Source: an uncultured Gammaproteobacteria bacterium
Lineage (GTDB): Bacteria; Patescibacteriota; Microgenomatia; Levybacterales; UBA12049
Direction of reading: 5' to 3'
NCBI GenBank assembly: GCA_965230895.1
Contig: OZ246394.1
Coordinates: 1,121,887 to 1,185,886 of the forward strand
Length of the DNA: 64,000 bases
The position numbers and the translations under genes were made by a program. Shown here piece after piece: positions 9,690-20,297 of this stretch; the first letter of the stretch is position 1; every line of letters starts with the position of its first letter. The notes under the pieces were generated by a model. The model was not told the DNA's origin. It made no database searches and was given only the letters and a program-made list of their open reading frames with translations.

Positions 9690-10292
9690 CTATCGAGAAT
9701 AATATTCAATAATCTGTCTTGTACTAAAAGGAACCTGAATATCCTCTGCTACTGGCATACGAACTAACTTGCCCGCAGGACCTTTTTGCTCGAGGAACCC
9801 CATAGTTTCTTTTTTCTCTTCTAATACTTTAATAACGTCTGGATTCTTTTGAATCTTTTCGTCCAAAGCGATAACATCTCCAACCTTCACTGTGTAAGAT
9901 GGGATAGTCATTTTCTTTCCATTAACCAAAACGTGTCCGTGAGTAACAAATTGTCGTGACATCATACGTGACTTTGTAAGTCCGAGTCTATAAACAACAT
10001 TGTCGAGTCTTCTTTCCAAAAGTGAGAGCAAGAGTTCTTCTGTATCTCCTTTTTGTGTAGATGCTAAATCAACAATCTTTCGAAACTGCTTTTCGAGAAG
10101 TCCATAAGTTACCTTAGCTTTTTGTTTCTCACGAAGCTGTTGACCAAAATCAGATGGTCTTCTTTTTCCTTTTTTACCATGTACCCCTGGTGGTACATTG
10201 AGACGACGCATCAAACTTGCTGATGTTTTTTCTAAAAGGTTTACACCTTCTCGTCGTACTAATTTATGTTTTGGTCCTGTATATCTTGCCAT
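9690..10292 (-). CDS. rpsD: 30S ribosomal protein uS4
   Basis: MARYTGP, QLREKQK, LERRLDNVVYRLG, IIEYYSR. Confidence 0.98.
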   Translation of the reverse strand: MARYTGPKHKLVRREGVNLLEKTSASLMRRLNVPPGVHGKKGKRRPSDFGQQLREKQKAKVTYGLLEKQFRKIVDLASTQKGDTEELLLSLLERRLDNVVYRLGLTKSRMMSRQFVTHGHVLVNGKKMTIPSYTVKVGDVIALDEKIQKNPDVIKVLEEKKETMGFLEQKGPAGKLVRMPVAEDIQVPFSTRQIIEYYSR

Positions 10293-10297
10293 AATGT

Positions 10298-10705
10298 TTA
10301 AACTCTTCTCTTCTTCTTAGATCGTGGGCCGTTGTGCGGCATTGGTGTTACATCAGAAATTGATGTAATGACCGGTCCTGCACTTTTAATACCTCTGAGT
10401 GATGAATCTCGTCCAGCTCCTGGGCCTTTAACGAACACATCAACTGACTTCATACCTTGCTCAACAATTCTCTTAACAGCTTCTTCAACTGCAATACTTG
10501 CAGCATATGGAGTTGATTTACGAGTACCCTTAAATCCTCGTGATCCTGATGAACTCCATCCAAGTGCATCACCTTTGTCATTTGTGACAGTAACTAATGT
10601 GTTATTGAATGTAGCTGTGATGTAAACACGTCCGTGTTCAGTTACAGGTGCTCCACCCTTTTTCTTTGCTTTTGTTGTTACTTTTTTTACTGGTTTCTTT
10701 GCCAT
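10298..10705 (-). CDS. rpsK: 30S ribosomal protein uS11
   Basis: TFNNT, RKSTPYAA, GPGAGR, DVTPMPHNG. Confidence 0.98.
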   Translation of the reverse strand: MAKKPVKKVTTKAKKKGGAPVTEHGRVYITATFNNTLVTVTNDKGDALGWSSSGSRGFKGTRKSTPYAASIAVEEAVKRIVEQGMKSVDVFVKGPGAGRDSSLRGIKSAGPVITSISDVTPMPHNGPRSKKKRRV

Positions 10706-10722
10706 ATATTACTTTCTAAGGC

Positions 10723-11130
10723 TTATTTACCTTTTGCCTTTGCGGCTGCTTCCATCTTTGCCATTACTTCTTTCTTAATAGCTCCGATAGTTACACGCTT
10801 TCCTCTCTTTGTACGAGCATTTGATCGTGTTCTCTGCCCTCGTGATGGTAAACCTGCTGTATGTCTCTTACCTCGGTAAGATCCGATATCTCGAAGACGT
10901 CGTACATTTGCTGCAATATCTGCTTTAAGGTCTCCTTCGATTTTAATCTTTTCCAATACCTTTGTTAGTCGCTTAATCTCATCTTCGGTAAGATCTTTTG
11001 CCCGTTTTTCTCCGTCTACTTCAGCTTGTTTAAGAATTTCTTTAACATTACTTGGACCAACACCATAAATATATGGTAATGCATAATTTACTTTTTTTTC
11101 ATCTGGTATTGTAACTCCAACTACTCGCAT
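10723..11130 (-). CDS. rpsM: 30S ribosomal protein uS13
   Basis: IYGVG, EGDL, GSYRGKRH, RGQRTRSNARTKRG. Confidence 0.98.
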   Translation of the reverse strand: MRVVGVTIPDEKKVNYALPYIYGVGPSNVKEILKQAEVDGEKRAKDLTEDEIKRLTKVLEKIKIEGDLKADIAANVRRLRDIGSYRGKRHTAGLPSRGQRTRSNARTKRGKRVTIGAIKKEVMAKMEAAAKAKGK

Positions 11131-11133
11131 ATA

Positions 11134-11247
11134 TTATCCTTGTCTTTGTTTATGTCGTGCGTTTTCGCACACAACACGAATAACGCCTCGGCGTTTAATA
11201 ATTTTACATTTTAGACATCGCTTTTTGACACTTGCTTGTACTTTCAT
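11134..11247 (-). CDS. rpmJ: 50S ribosomal protein bL36 (Zn-ribbon type)
   Basis: Translated by hand (below the ORF-track cutoff): [37 protein letters not shown]. Confidence 0.97.
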   Translation of the reverse strand: MKVQASVKKRCLKCKIIKRRGVIRVVCENARHKQRQG

Positions 11248-11259
11248 AATTCATTTCCT

Positions 11260-11478
11260 TTATCTGTACCGATACATTATCCTGCCTCGCTCAAGATCAT
11301 ATGGAGTCATTTCGATTCTGACTTTATCTCCCGGTAAAATTTTAATAAAATGCATACGCATTTTTCCGGAGAGATGACAGAGAACGAGTGAGCCATCTTC
11401 TAGTTCGACACGAAACAATGTATTGGGCAGCGCTTCTCTCACGACGCCATCTTTTTCAAAAGATCCTTGGTGAGCCAT
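11260..11478 (-). CDS. infA: Translation initiation factor IF-1
   Basis: [34 protein letters not shown]. Start moved to MAHQGS. Confidence 0.97.
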   Translation of the reverse strand: MAHQGSFEKDGVVREALPNTLFRVELEDGSLVLCHLSGKMRMHFIKILPGDKVRIEMTPYDLERGRIMYRYR

Positions 11479-11617
11479 TTGTGCATTATAACAAAGCAGG
11501 CTCAAAAGAGCAACAATGAGAAGAGCATCTTAGGCACCAAATATTTCAGTTGTCCCAAAACCGCTTTTTAAGCATATTTTGATTCAGCTGAAATGCGTGG
11601 TGCTTTCGATACGCTTC

Positions 11618-12370
11618 TTAAACTGTCAGCATCAGTGGGCCGTCTTTTGTAATAGCGATTGTGCGCTCGTACAGTCCTGCTATTTTACCATCTGCTGTAC
11701 GAATCGTCCAGTGATCATTATCAAGCATAACCTCAGGTGTACCCATATTATAGATAATCTCAACAGCAATAGTCATACCTTCACGAAGCTTCGGTGTCTT
11801 TTCAATCTTACCATGAAGATATCCTGGAACCTCTGGTTCTTCATGTAATTCTTTACCCACACCATGACCGATCAAACTTCGAACGATACTGTAGCCGCTT
11901 TGTTTTTCTACGATATCTTGAATCGTTTTAGAGATATGTCCGATATTGTTGCCAATTACAGCTTGCGCTATCGCTTCATCAAGAGCGGTCTTACCAATCG
12001 ATAAAAATTTCTGAGCTTCTTTACTTCCAGCTCCAACAATTGTTGAATCACTCATGTCAGTATGAAACCCTTCGTAGAAGACTCCACAGTCCACACCAAC
12101 GACGTCACCTTCTTTAAATGCATAATCTGTCGGAATTCCATGAACAACAACGTCATTGGTCGACATACAGATTGTATAGTCGTATCCTTCGACTTTCATA
12201 AATCCAGGCTCTCCACCCAATTCACGGATCCTTCGTTCTGCTAATCGATCTAAATCTAATTCGGTTACACCTGGTTTTACCGCAGCCATAACTTCGCCAA
12301 GAACTGTGGCGAGGATGTGGCCTCCATGTTGCATAATTTTAATTTCTTCTGGTGATTTTATATGTATCAT
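11618..12370 (-). CDS. map: Methionine aminopeptidase type I
   Basis: VVHGIP, DCG..GFHTD, GHGVG..LHEEP, ERTIAIT. Confidence 0.96.
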   Translation of the reverse strand: MIHIKSPEEIKIMQHGGHILATVLGEVMAAVKPGVTELDLDRLAERRIRELGGEPGFMKVEGYDYTICMSTNDVVVHGIPTDYAFKEGDVVGVDCGVFYEGFHTDMSDSTIVGAGSKEAQKFLSIGKTALDEAIAQAVIGNNIGHISKTIQDIVEKQSGYSIVRSLIGHGVGKELHEEPEVPGYLHGKIEKTPKLREGMTIAVEIIYNMGTPEVMLDNDHWTIRTADGKIAGLYERTIAITKDGPLMLTV

Positions 12371-13056
12371 AATAAGTTTTTTCTTTTTAATTCATTTTTA
12401 ATTGATGCAAGCGTATCTGCTTCATCCATTTCAGAATCATCTAGGATAAAGTATCCAAGCTTCTCTGGATCTTTTGCGAGAGGATCCATTGCTCTATTTT
12501 GGTCCCGCTCATCTCTTTCCCGGACATCTGCAAGTACTGTGGCAAAATCTATGGTATCACCCTGCTCAGTATATTGCTTTAATCTCCTCTTTGCACGAAC
12601 TTCATCTGTCGCAGTGAGAAAGACACGTAATGCAGCATTCGGAAAAACGACAGTTGCTGTATCTCGTCCTTCGATTACAACAATATGACCCTGATTAACC
12701 ATATCTTCTGCAACGCTTCTTTGCAAAAGCACTAATTGTTTTCTTACCTCTGGAAGTGATGCAACAACAGAAGATCCATTTGCTGCATCTGGTTCTTTAA
12801 TTCTATCGGTAACATCTTCTCCATTGAGGAAAATCTGCTTCTCTCTGAACTCTATTTTAACATCCTTTAAAAGACTGATCACTTCCTGAGCGTTATGCAG
12901 GTCAATGCCCTTCTTAATCCCAGCTAATGCAACTGCTCTATACGTTCCTCCTGTGTAGAGATAAAAGCCCTGCAAATCGTCCGCAAGCTTTGAAGCAACT
13001 GTCCCTTTCCCGGCAGCAACCGGCCCATCGATAGCAATTACAAATCCTTTTGACAT
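12367..13056 (-). CDS. cmk: Cytidylate kinase
   Basis: IAIDGPVAAGKGT, TGGTYRA, EGRD, RAKRR, RDERDQNR. Confidence 0.95.
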   Translation of the reverse strand: MSKGFVIAIDGPVAAGKGTVASKLADDLQGFYLYTGGTYRAVALAGIKKGIDLHNAQEVISLLKDVKIEFREKQIFLNGEDVTDRIKEPDAANGSSVVASLPEVRKQLVLLQRSVAEDMVNQGHIVVIEGRDTATVVFPNAALRVFLTATDEVRAKRRLKQYTEQGDTIDFATVLADVRERDERDQNRAMDPLAKDPEKLGYFILDDSEMDEADTLASIKNELKRKNLL

Positions 13057-13057
13057 A

Positions 13058-13606
13058 TCATATTACCTTTAACTTTTTTAATATCTCTTTATTAATGTCC
13101 GGAATTTTCTGTTCACCATTGATGGTGACAAGCTTGCGCTTCTTTTTGTAGTATTCTAGCACAGGCCTGGTGAAATTATGGAATAATTCAATTCGCTTTC
13201 TAATTGCACGCAATGTGTCATCCTCTCGCTCATTTCCTTCTTCTCCACGATATGATAGCCTCCATAAAGCTTCTTTATCAGATACTTCCAGATATATTAC
13301 TTTATCGATACCATTTCCGAATTCTTCAGCCTGCTTCGCAGTACGAGGGAAACCATCTAAGATGTATCCCTTTTTATATTCTTTTCGGGAAAGATATTCA
13401 GAAACAATTTCCAGAACTTTATCATCGGAGATAAGATATCCAGCATTCATTGTTTCTTTGATATAACGGCCAAGCGGAGTTCGTTCTTTAGCAAGTTCCC
13501 GAAAAATATGTCCGGTTGAGAGGTATGGTATTTTTAATTTTTTTTTAAGTAAGTTTCCTTGTGTTGATTTCCCAGCACCCTGGATCCCGATTATAATTAG
13601 TTTCAT
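13058..13606 (-). CDS. adk: Adenylate kinase (short LID)
   Basis: GIQGAGKSTQ, STGHIFR, ILDGFPR, REDD. Confidence 0.93.
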   Translation of the reverse strand: MKLIIIGIQGAGKSTQGNLLKKKLKIPYLSTGHIFRELAKERTPLGRYIKETMNAGYLISDDKVLEIVSEYLSRKEYKKGYILDGFPRTAKQAEEFGNGIDKVIYLEVSDKEALWRLSYRGEEGNEREDDTLRAIRKRIELFHNFTRPVLEYYKKKRKLVTINGEQKIPDINKEILKKLKVI

Positions 13607-14895
13607 TATTTATTCAAAAACCCTTCGTAGTTTCTCATCACCAAATTTGCTTCAATTGCCTTGAATGTTTCAAGTACAACTGAGACCACAATCAAAATAC
13701 TTGCGCCTCCAAGAAGGAGAGTTTGCAGACCGGTAAGCACTCGGCCAATCTCTGGCAAAATTGCGACAAACCCCAAGAAACAAGCTCCGACCAAGGTAAT
13801 TCTCGTAAGAATATAATTCAAATATTTTGTCGTTGGCTGGCCTGGACGAACACCAGGTATAAAGCCTCCATACTTTTGAATATCTTCTGAAATCTTTTTC
13901 GGGTTGAAGACAACTGCTGTATAAAAGAATGTAAAGGCAACAACCAATAAGAAATAGAACGCATTGTAGAGGAATCCTGTCGGAGCAAACCAGATATTAA
14001 TCCATTGCGCCATACCTCGAAGCGCTCCATTATCTGATGTCGCGAAAACACTTGCAAGTAATGATGGCAGCAAAACGATAGACACAGCAAAGATGATCGG
14101 GATAACACCAGCCTGATTAAGGCGAAGTGGAAGGTGTGTTGATTGGCCACCATACATTTTATTACCACGCATACGCTTTGCATAATGGACCGGAATTTGT
14201 CTTGTCGCTTCGTTCACAACGATGATACCGATAATGACCAATAAACTCATTACCGTGAAGCCTAATAGACTTAAGCTTGCTTGTGTATCTGCAGTCGAGA
14301 AGGTCTGTCCAATTAAGACAGGTAATTGGCCTACGATACCTGCGACAATCAAGAGTGAGATACCATTTCCAATACCCCGATCAGTTATCAATTCTCCCAA
14401 CCAAACAAGCAGCATTGAACCTGCAACTAAGGTAAAGATAAATGCTACGAAATCCAATGGAGCAAGGCTCACAACCAAACCCTGACTCTTTAACAATGCA
14501 TAGACACCAATCGCCTGGAGTACCGCTAAAGGCACCGTAAGGAATCTTGTGTACTGATTTATTTTTCGACGCCCAGAATCGCCTTCTTTGGACAACTCTT
14601 CAAGTTTTGGAAAGACCATGGTAAGAAGCTGTAAAATGATGGATGCATTAATGTATGGATTAAGGCCTAAAGCCATGACAGAGAAATTAGCAAGCGTACC
14701 CCCAGAAAAGACATTGAGGAATCCTAAAAATTGGTTGTTCGCAAAGATATTCTTAAGTTGAGCTACATCAACTCCGGCAACTGGAACATGTGCTAGGAAA
14801 CGAAACACCAAGAAAATAAAAAGGATAAAGAGAATTTTGTTGCGTAATTCCGGCGATTTAAAACTATTACGGAGAGTATCAAATATACTATTCAT
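13606..14895 (-). CDS. secY: Preprotein translocase SecY
   Basis: [38 protein letters not shown]. Confidence 0.98.
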   Translation of the reverse strand: MNSIFDTLRNSFKSPELRNKILFILFIFLVFRFLAHVPVAGVDVAQLKNIFANNQFLGFLNVFSGGTLANFSVMALGLNPYINASIILQLLTMVFPKLEELSKEGDSGRRKINQYTRFLTVPLAVLQAIGVYALLKSQGLVVSLAPLDFVAFIFTLVAGSMLLVWLGELITDRGIGNGISLLIVAGIVGQLPVLIGQTFSTADTQASLSLLGFTVMSLLVIIGIIVVNEATRQIPVHYAKRMRGNKMYGGQSTHLPLRLNQAGVIPIIFAVSIVLLPSLLASVFATSDNGALRGMAQWINIWFAPTGFLYNAFYFLLVVAFTFFYTAVVFNPKKISEDIQKYGGFIPGVRPGQPTTKYLNYILTRITLVGACFLGFVAILPEIGRVLTGLQTLLLGGASILIVVSVVLETFKAIEANLVMRNYEGFLNK

Positions 14896-14968
14896 GTTCT
14901 TTTTAGTATGCTGTATGGGATTTTTCTATACAGGAGCTCTAGTATATCAAATCCTTGCAAGCGATATA

Positions 14969-15412
14969 CTAAACACTTTCGACCGATCCCCCGGCCTTTT
15001 GAATCTTTTCTGCTGCGTTCTTAGAAACTGGTAATTTAACTGTCAATGCAACATCAAGTGTACCATTTCCAAGGATTTTGATCTTTCGGTGTTTCCCAAG
15101 TTCATCTCTAACTAATCCTTGTTTTGTAAGTGATGCGACATCCACAACTGCACCTTTTGCAAAAACATTCAATGCATCAACATTAAGAATATATGCTTTT
15201 TCTTGCAATGAAGCGTTTCGACTTTTACCTCGAAGGAATGGCAAACGCTTTGTCAAAGGTAATGCTCCACCTTCAAATCGAAGTGGAACACTATTTCGAG
15301 CTTTTTGCCCTTTTTGTCCTCGTCCTGAAGTTTTACCACGACCTGATCCGTGCCCCAAACCTACACGTTTTTTACTTTTTGATTTTATCTGCTTTAATTC
15401 TGTTAAGTTCAT
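14969..15412 (-). CDS. rplO: 50S ribosomal protein uL15
   Basis: GSGRGKTSGRGQKGQKAR, FEGGALPL, KILGNG. Confidence 0.98.
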   Translation of the reverse strand: MNLTELKQIKSKSKKRVGLGHGSGRGKTSGRGQKGQKARNSVPLRFEGGALPLTKRLPFLRGKSRNASLQEKAYILNVDALNVFAKGAVVDVASLTKQGLVRDELGKHRKIKILGNGTLDVALTVKLPVSKNAAEKIQKAGGSVESV

Positions 15413-15414
15413 AA

Positions 15415-15942
15415 TTAACCTTTCTTAACGACAGCTACTCGATCTTTTTCTTTTGCAACCTGCTCACTGACTTTTCTCAATGCTTCAAGTGTCGCATAGA
15501 TATTACTAATCTTATTTGTTGTTCCAAGCATCTTTGAAGAGATATTTTGGATACCTGCTGCTGATACAACACTTCGAACAGCTCCACCTGCGATAATACC
15601 ACTTCCTGGAGGTGCTGGCTTTAGCATAATCTTTGCTGCACCAATCTTCACATCGATTCTGATAGGGATGGTACCTTCGACCAATGGGATTTCGATTAAA
15701 CCTTTCTTTGCTTTACTAATACCTTTTCGGATAGCACTTGAGACATCTGGAGCTTTACCTAAACCTACTCCAACTCGACCTTTTTTATCACCAACAACTG
15801 TAAGCGCTGAGAATCCAACTTTATTTCCACCTTTTGTTTTCTTTGAAACACGGTTAATTTGTACAACATTCTCTTCAAATTCACTCGGAGTTTGATTAAA
15901 TTGTCTTCTTTGATTGTTATTTTGATTTTGATTAAATGCCAT
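15415..15942 (-). CDS. rpsE: 30S ribosomal protein uS5
   Basis: INRVSKKTKGG, VVGD..GRVG, GSGIIAGG. Confidence 0.98.
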   Translation of the reverse strand: MAFNQNQNNNQRRQFNQTPSEFEENVVQINRVSKKTKGGNKVGFSALTVVGDKKGRVGVGLGKAPDVSSAIRKGISKAKKGLIEIPLVEGTIPIRIDVKIGAAKIMLKPAPPGSGIIAGGAVRSVVSAAGIQNISSKMLGTTNKISNIYATLEALRKVSEQVAKEKDRVAVVKKG

Positions 15943-16277
15943 TAGAGTGAAAGACCCCCTTCTCGTGCGCCTTCAGCGACAGCTTTAACGCGACCATGAT
16001 ATGCAAATCGACCTTTGTCGAATGCTACTTCTTTGATTTTCTTCGCAAGCGCTAATTTAGCAATTTCAGCACCAACCAACTTTGCTCGTTCAATTGGTGT
16101 ACCTTTTGCTTTTAATGCCTTTTCAGAAATTCCTACAATTGTATCACCAGATGTGTTGATTACTTGAGCATACACATATGCATTTGATCGAAAGACACTA
16201 AGTCGTGGCCGATCACTAACACTTGCTGCTTTTTTTCTGATTCTTGTTTGTCGTTGTTTATTTCTTGCTGTGTTCAT
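15942..16277 (-). CDS. rplR: 50S ribosomal protein uL18
   Basis: RPRLSVFRSN, YHGRVKAVAEGAREGGL. Confidence 0.98.
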   Translation of the reverse strand: MNTARNKQRQTRIRKKAASVSDRPRLSVFRSNAYVYAQVINTSGDTIVGISEKALKAKGTPIERAKLVGAEIAKLALAKKIKEVAFDKGRFAYHGRVKAVAEGAREGGLSL

Positions 16278-16280
16278 AGC

Positions 16281-16829
16281 TTATTTACCTGCAGCCTTTG
16301 CTGCTTTTCCAGCCTTTCTTCTGATTCTTTCTCCCTTATATTTTATACCTTTTCCTTTATAAGGCTCTGGTGGTTTTGCTGCTCTAATTTCAGCTGCAAT
16401 CTCACCAACTTGTACTTTATCACTTCCTGCAACAGAAATGACATTATCAGTAACTGAAAGTGCAATTCCTGTAACTGGCTTAAACTTTACCGGATGAGCA
16501 AAACCAAGTGACAGTACCAAATCAGTTCCCTGCATGTTCGCTCTATAACCAACTCCAACGATTTCTAATTGCTTTTCAAAACCTGTATCAACACCCTTAA
16601 TTAAGTTTGCTAAGTTTGCGCGTGTCAAACCGTACATTGCCCGAACCTTTCGATCTTCTTGATCATCAACAGTAAGGATAACTTTTCCTTCTTCTTGTGC
16701 AACTTTAACACCTGCAGGAATTGTCATAGACATTGTTCCTTTTGGACCGGTTACAGTTGCTTCAGAACCCTGAACTTGTACAGCAACATTGCTACCCAAT
16801 GTAATTGGTAATTTACCGATCTTAGACAT
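16281..16829 (-). CDS. rplF: 50S ribosomal protein uL6
   Basis: True start MSKIGKLPI; GVGYRA, PEPYKGKGI. Confidence 0.98.
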   Translation of the reverse strand: MSKIGKLPITLGSNVAVQVQGSEATVTGPKGTMSMTIPAGVKVAQEEGKVILTVDDQEDRKVRAMYGLTRANLANLIKGVDTGFEKQLEIVGVGYRANMQGTDLVLSLGFAHPVKFKPVTGIALSVTDNVISVAGSDKVQVGEIAAEIRAAKPPEPYKGKGIKYKGERIRRKAGKAAKAAGK

Positions 16830-16833
16830 ATCT

Positions 16834-17223
16834 TTACCAAATTTGGAAAAGTAATTCTCCTCCAACTCCTTTCTTGATAGCGTCTTTTCCGGTAAGCACT
16901 CCAACGTTTGTTGAAATAACTGCTGTTGTTGCACGTCCTTGCTTTCGAGCAATTTCAGTTGGCTTTACATATGTTCTTAATGATGGCTTTGAAACCAAAT
17001 GAACATCAGTAATAGCAGGCTTTCTCTTCTGATACCGAAGAGCAATTGAAAGCATTCTATGTCCATCAACTGTTTCTTCTTTTACTTCATCCAAGAATCC
17101 TTCTTTTTTCAACACCTGTGCAACAGCCTTACTAAGGTTTGCATATGGTGTTACGATCACTTTCTTGTGGGCAAGTGATGCGTTCTTAAGTTGAATAACA
17201 AAATCTCCAATAACGTAATTCAT
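16834..17223 (-). CDS. rpsH: 30S ribosomal protein uS8
   Basis: LKKEGF, VSKPSLRTY, ISTNVG, GGELLF.IW. Confidence 0.96.
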   Translation of the reverse strand: MNYVIGDFVIQLKNASLAHKKVIVTPYANLSKAVAQVLKKEGFLDEVKEETVDGHRMLSIALRYQKRKPAITDVHLVSKPSLRTYVKPTEIARKQGRATTAVISTNVGVLTGKDAIKKGVGGELLFQIW

Positions 17224-17231
17224 AGTTTAAT

Positions 17232-17417
17232 TTACCAAGAAGCTTTATAAACTCCTGGAAGTACTCCTTTCATTGCTTGTTCTCGGAAACAAATTCTGCA
17301 CAAACCGAATCTTCGGATGTACGCTTTGTCTCTTCCACAGATTCCACATCGGTTTACCAACCGAGTTGGGAACTTCTGTTTTTTCTGCATTTTTACAACG
17401 TTTGATGTTTTAGCCAT
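17232..17417 (-). CDS. rpsN: 30S ribosomal protein uS14, short Zn-binding type
   Basis: 61 aa, [20 protein letters not shown]. Confidence 0.97.
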   Translation of the reverse strand: MAKTSNVVKMQKKQKFPTRLVNRCGICGRDKAYIRRFGLCRICFREQAMKGVLPGVYKASW

Positions 17418-17464
17418 AGTTTTACTTCTTTCGAGCCTAGTGATTATATCACAAGTTCAGACTC

Positions 17465-18016
17465 TTAGCTTTTTGCCTCCTTTGCAAAAGGCATTCCCAA
17501 TGCTTCAAGTAACTTAAAGCCGTGGTCATTTTGTGTTGCTGTCGTTACAAATACCATTTCCATACCTTGAAGTCTTTCAACACTTGCTGGATCGATTTCA
17601 GGAAATGTTGAGTATTCATGGAATCCAAGTGTGTAGTTCCCTCGTCCATCAAAACTTGTTCGTGGAACTCCACGGAAATCTTTAATACGTGGTAAAACAA
17701 TTTTTACCAATCGATCATAGAATTCAAACATTCTGTTTCCTCGAAGTGTTACAACCAAACCGATTGTGTCACCCTGTCGGATTTTAAATCCAGCAATAGC
17801 TTTCTTTGCTCGAGTTGGTTTTGCTTTTTGACCTGTAACTTGACCCAACGCAACAGCCATCTTTTCGATAACCTTTTTGTCATTAATTGCGTCTTTTACA
17901 CCCATGTTAACAACAATCTTTGAAAGCTTTGGTATACCCATTGGATTTTTAATATTAAGATCTTTTTCCAACGCTGGTACTATTTCTTCGTTATATTTCT
18001 TTTGTAAATCTGTCAT
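17465..18016 (-). CDS. rplE: 50S ribosomal protein uL5
   Basis: KIVVNMG, TGQK, VTLRG, PRIKDFRG, FDGRGNY. Confidence 0.98.
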   Translation of the reverse strand: MTDLQKKYNEEIVPALEKDLNIKNPMGIPKLSKIVVNMGVKDAINDKKVIEKMAVALGQVTGQKAKPTRAKKAIAGFKIRQGDTIGLVVTLRGNRMFEFYDRLVKIVLPRIKDFRGVPRTSFDGRGNYTLGFHEYSTFPEIDPASVERLQGMEMVFVTTATQNDHGFKLLEALGMPFAKEAKS

Positions 18017-18027
18017 AATTTATTCCT

Positions 18028-18333
18028 CTATATTTCCGCTTGGCATTTCTTGCATACGCGAACCTTCTCATCTTTGAGCATCTTATATCCAACTCTTGTG
18101 AGTTTTTTACATTTCGGACAAATCAATTGCACGTTTGAAATTGCAACTGGCTTTGTAAGTGTGATGATTTCTGACTTTTGTCCTGGTGTTCGAGATTTCA
18201 AATGTCTCTTCACCTGGTTAATACCATCCACAACTACTTTTGCTTCTTTTGTAAAGACCTTTTGTACGGATCCTGTTTTACCGTTATCTTTACCTCGTAC
18301 TATACTGACTTGATCTCCTGTTTTTAATTTCAT
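18028..18333 (-). CDS. rplX: 50S ribosomal protein uL24
   Basis: GDQVSIVRGKDNGKTG, ISNV. Confidence 0.97.
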   Translation of the reverse strand: MKLKTGDQVSIVRGKDNGKTGSVQKVFTKEAKVVVDGINQVKRHLKSRTPGQKSEIITLTKPVAISNVQLICPKCKKLTRVGYKMLKDEKVRVCKKCQAEI

Positions 18334-18334
18334 A

Positions 18335-18709
18335 TTAAACTACCTCCACTGCCATACTGGCAATCTTTGTGAACCCTCTATCTCGGACTTCTCGGGCAAT
18401 AGGTCCAAAGATACGTGTTCCACGAACGTTTTTGTCTTTTGGATTATCGATAACAACAACTGCGTTATCAGAAAATCGCACATATGATCCATCTGGTCGT
18501 CGGAATTCTTTTCGAGTCCGGACAATTACAGCTTTAACCATTTCTGAGTCTTTCACTTGACCGTGTGGGATAGCTGTCTTTACGACGGCATTAACCACAT
18601 CGCCAATGCGACCGAACTTTCTTCGTGAGCCACCGAATATATGAATTACATATAGTTCTTTTGCTCCTGAATTATCTGCTGCTTTTACAATAGATCGTAA
18701 CTGTAACAT
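18335..18709 (-). CDS. rplN: 50S ribosomal protein uL14
   Basis: [24 protein letters not shown]. Confidence 0.98.
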   Translation of the reverse strand: MLQLRSIVKAADNSGAKELYVIHIFGGSRRKFGRIGDVVNAVVKTAIPHGQVKDSEMVKAVIVRTRKEFRRPDGSYVRFSDNAVVVIDNPKDKNVRGTRIFGPIAREVRDRGFTKIASMAVEVV

Positions 18710-18712
18710 ATT

Positions 18713-18952
18713 TTATTTATCCTTCTTTACTTCCTTTATTGCGAAGTACTTTGTTTTTGAAACTGGTTTCGTTTCAACAATTCGCACTTCATTACCAACT
18801 GCCACTTCCTGACCATTCAACGCTACATTAAATTTCTTTGTAACTTTCATAAGTTTTTTGTACAACGGATGAGGAACACGTCGTGAAACTTCAACCACTG
18901 CTGTATCTTTCATTTTTGTCGAAACTACTTTTCCTACTAATATCTTTGCCAT
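18713..18952 (-). CDS. rpsQ: 30S ribosomal protein uS17
   Basis: GKVVSTKMKDT, HPLYKK, ETKPVSKTK. Confidence 0.97.
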   Translation of the reverse strand: MAKILVGKVVSTKMKDTAVVEVSRRVPHPLYKKLMKVTKKFNVALNGQEVAVGNEVRIVETKPVSKTKYFAIKEVKKDK

Positions 18953-18967
18953 AATTCTTTTTAAACG

Positions 18968-19213
18968 CTATTTTTTAGGCGCTTCTGCTACCTCCTTTTT
19001 TTCAACTTTTGCTGCCGCTGTTACTTTTTCAGCGAGAATTGTCTTCATAACAGCAATCTCTTTTCGAGTGTTTGTCATACTTCGAGTATTTTTTAATTTA
19101 CTCTGCACATTGTCCATTCGAATCTGAGAAAGTGTATTATACGATTCTTTGAGCAATTTTTCCAATTCTTCAGTTGTTTTACTATGTAATTCTTTTCTAT
19201 CGTTAATTTTCAT
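18968..19213 (-). CDS. rpmC: 50S ribosomal protein uL29
   Basis: Lies between rplP and rpsQ; ELEKLL..RKEIAVMKT. Confidence 0.92.
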   Translation of the reverse strand: MKINDRKELHSKTTEELEKLLKESYNTLSQIRMDNVQSKLKNTRSMTNTRKEIAVMKTILAEKVTAAAKVEKKEVAEAPKK

Positions 19214-19214
19214 G

Positions 19215-19628
19215 TTACATTTCTCCCTTTACTAAGATCTTGCTTTTCACTGAAAGCTTATGTGATGCCAAACGTAGTGCTTCTTTTGCAATTACTGCTG
19301 ATACCCCTGTCATTTCGAACATAATTCGTCCAGGTTTTACAACAGCGACATATTCTTTAATATCACCTTTTCCTCCACCCATACGAACTTCAGCTGGCTT
19401 CTTTGTAATAGGCTTATCTGGGAAAATAGTAATCCAAGTCTTACCACCACGTTGTGTGTAATTACTAATCGCACGTCGTGCTGATTCAATCTGGCGACTA
19501 CTAATCATCCCAAGCTCCATTGCCTGAAGTCCAAAATCACCATACGAAAGCTTTGTTCCTCGTGTTGCAGCACCTTTTGCATTTCCTCGCTGCATCTTTC
19601 GATACTTTTGTCTCTTCGGCATTAACAT
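19215..19628 (-). CDS. rplP: 50S ribosomal protein uL16
   Basis: [36 protein letters not shown]. Confidence 0.98.
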   Translation of the reverse strand: MLMPKRQKYRKMQRGNAKGAATRGTKLSYGDFGLQAMELGMISSRQIESARRAISNYTQRGGKTWITIFPDKPITKKPAEVRMGGGKGDIKEYVAVVKPGRIMFEMTGVSAVIAKEALRLASHKLSVKSKILVKGEM

Positions 19629-19629
19629 A

Positions 19630-20283
19630 TTACAGTGCGTCTCCTCCCTCAGGTCTATTAATCCAAACTTTAATACCGATATACCCCTTCTTTGTTAATG
19701 CTGGGTATTGAGCATAACTGATATCTTCACGAATTGTAGACAACGGAACTGTTCCCAAATGGATCTTTTCTCGTCGTGCAATTTCTGCTCCATTAATACG
19801 TCCAGTCAAAAGAATCTTGACTCCAAGTGCTCCTGAACCCATAACTCGCTCTGCAGTTGAATTAAGAATTCTCTTGAATGGAAGTCTTCGAACCAATTGA
19901 TCTGCAATATTGTTCGCAACTAAGTATGCATTCAAGTTTGGTTCTTTCACTGGTTCAACTCGGATATCCATTTTTGGAGCTTTTCCACCACGCTGCTTTG
20001 TAAAGAATACTGTAATTGCTTTCTTTAATTCTTCAAGTCCACTTCCACCTCGACCAATAACAATACCTGGTCGTGAAACATGGATGATGATCTTCAAACT
20101 GTTAATTGATCGCTCAATTTCAACACTTGCGATACCTGCTGATCGCAATCGTTCCATAAGCATCTTTCGAAGACCAAAATCTTCGAGCAAGACATCCTTG
20201 TATTGTCGTTCGTTGAACCATCGACTACTCCAAGTATGTACTGCACCTAATCTAATAACGTGTGGATTAACTTTTTGTCCCAT
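19630..20283 (-). CDS. rpsC: 30S ribosomal protein uS3
   Basis: [33 protein letters not shown]. Confidence 0.98.
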   Translation of the reverse strand: MGQKVNPHVIRLGAVHTWSSRWFNERQYKDVLLEDFGLRKMLMERLRSAGIASVEIERSINSLKIIIHVSRPGIVIGRGGSGLEELKKAITVFFTKQRGGKAPKMDIRVEPVKEPNLNAYLVANNIADQLVRRLPFKRILNSTAERVMGSGALGVKILLTGRINGAEIARREKIHLGTVPLSTIREDISYAQYPALTKKGYIGIKVWINRPEGGDAL

Positions 20284-20297
20284 AAATATATTTTAGC

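Noticed and set aside
16830-16952. Apparent 41 aa N-terminal extension of uL6 (similar extensions on bL17, uL2, PIG-L and PcrA)
   Set aside because: These are artefacts of longest-ORF calling. They overlap neighbouring genes or promoters, and canonical starts lie downstream.
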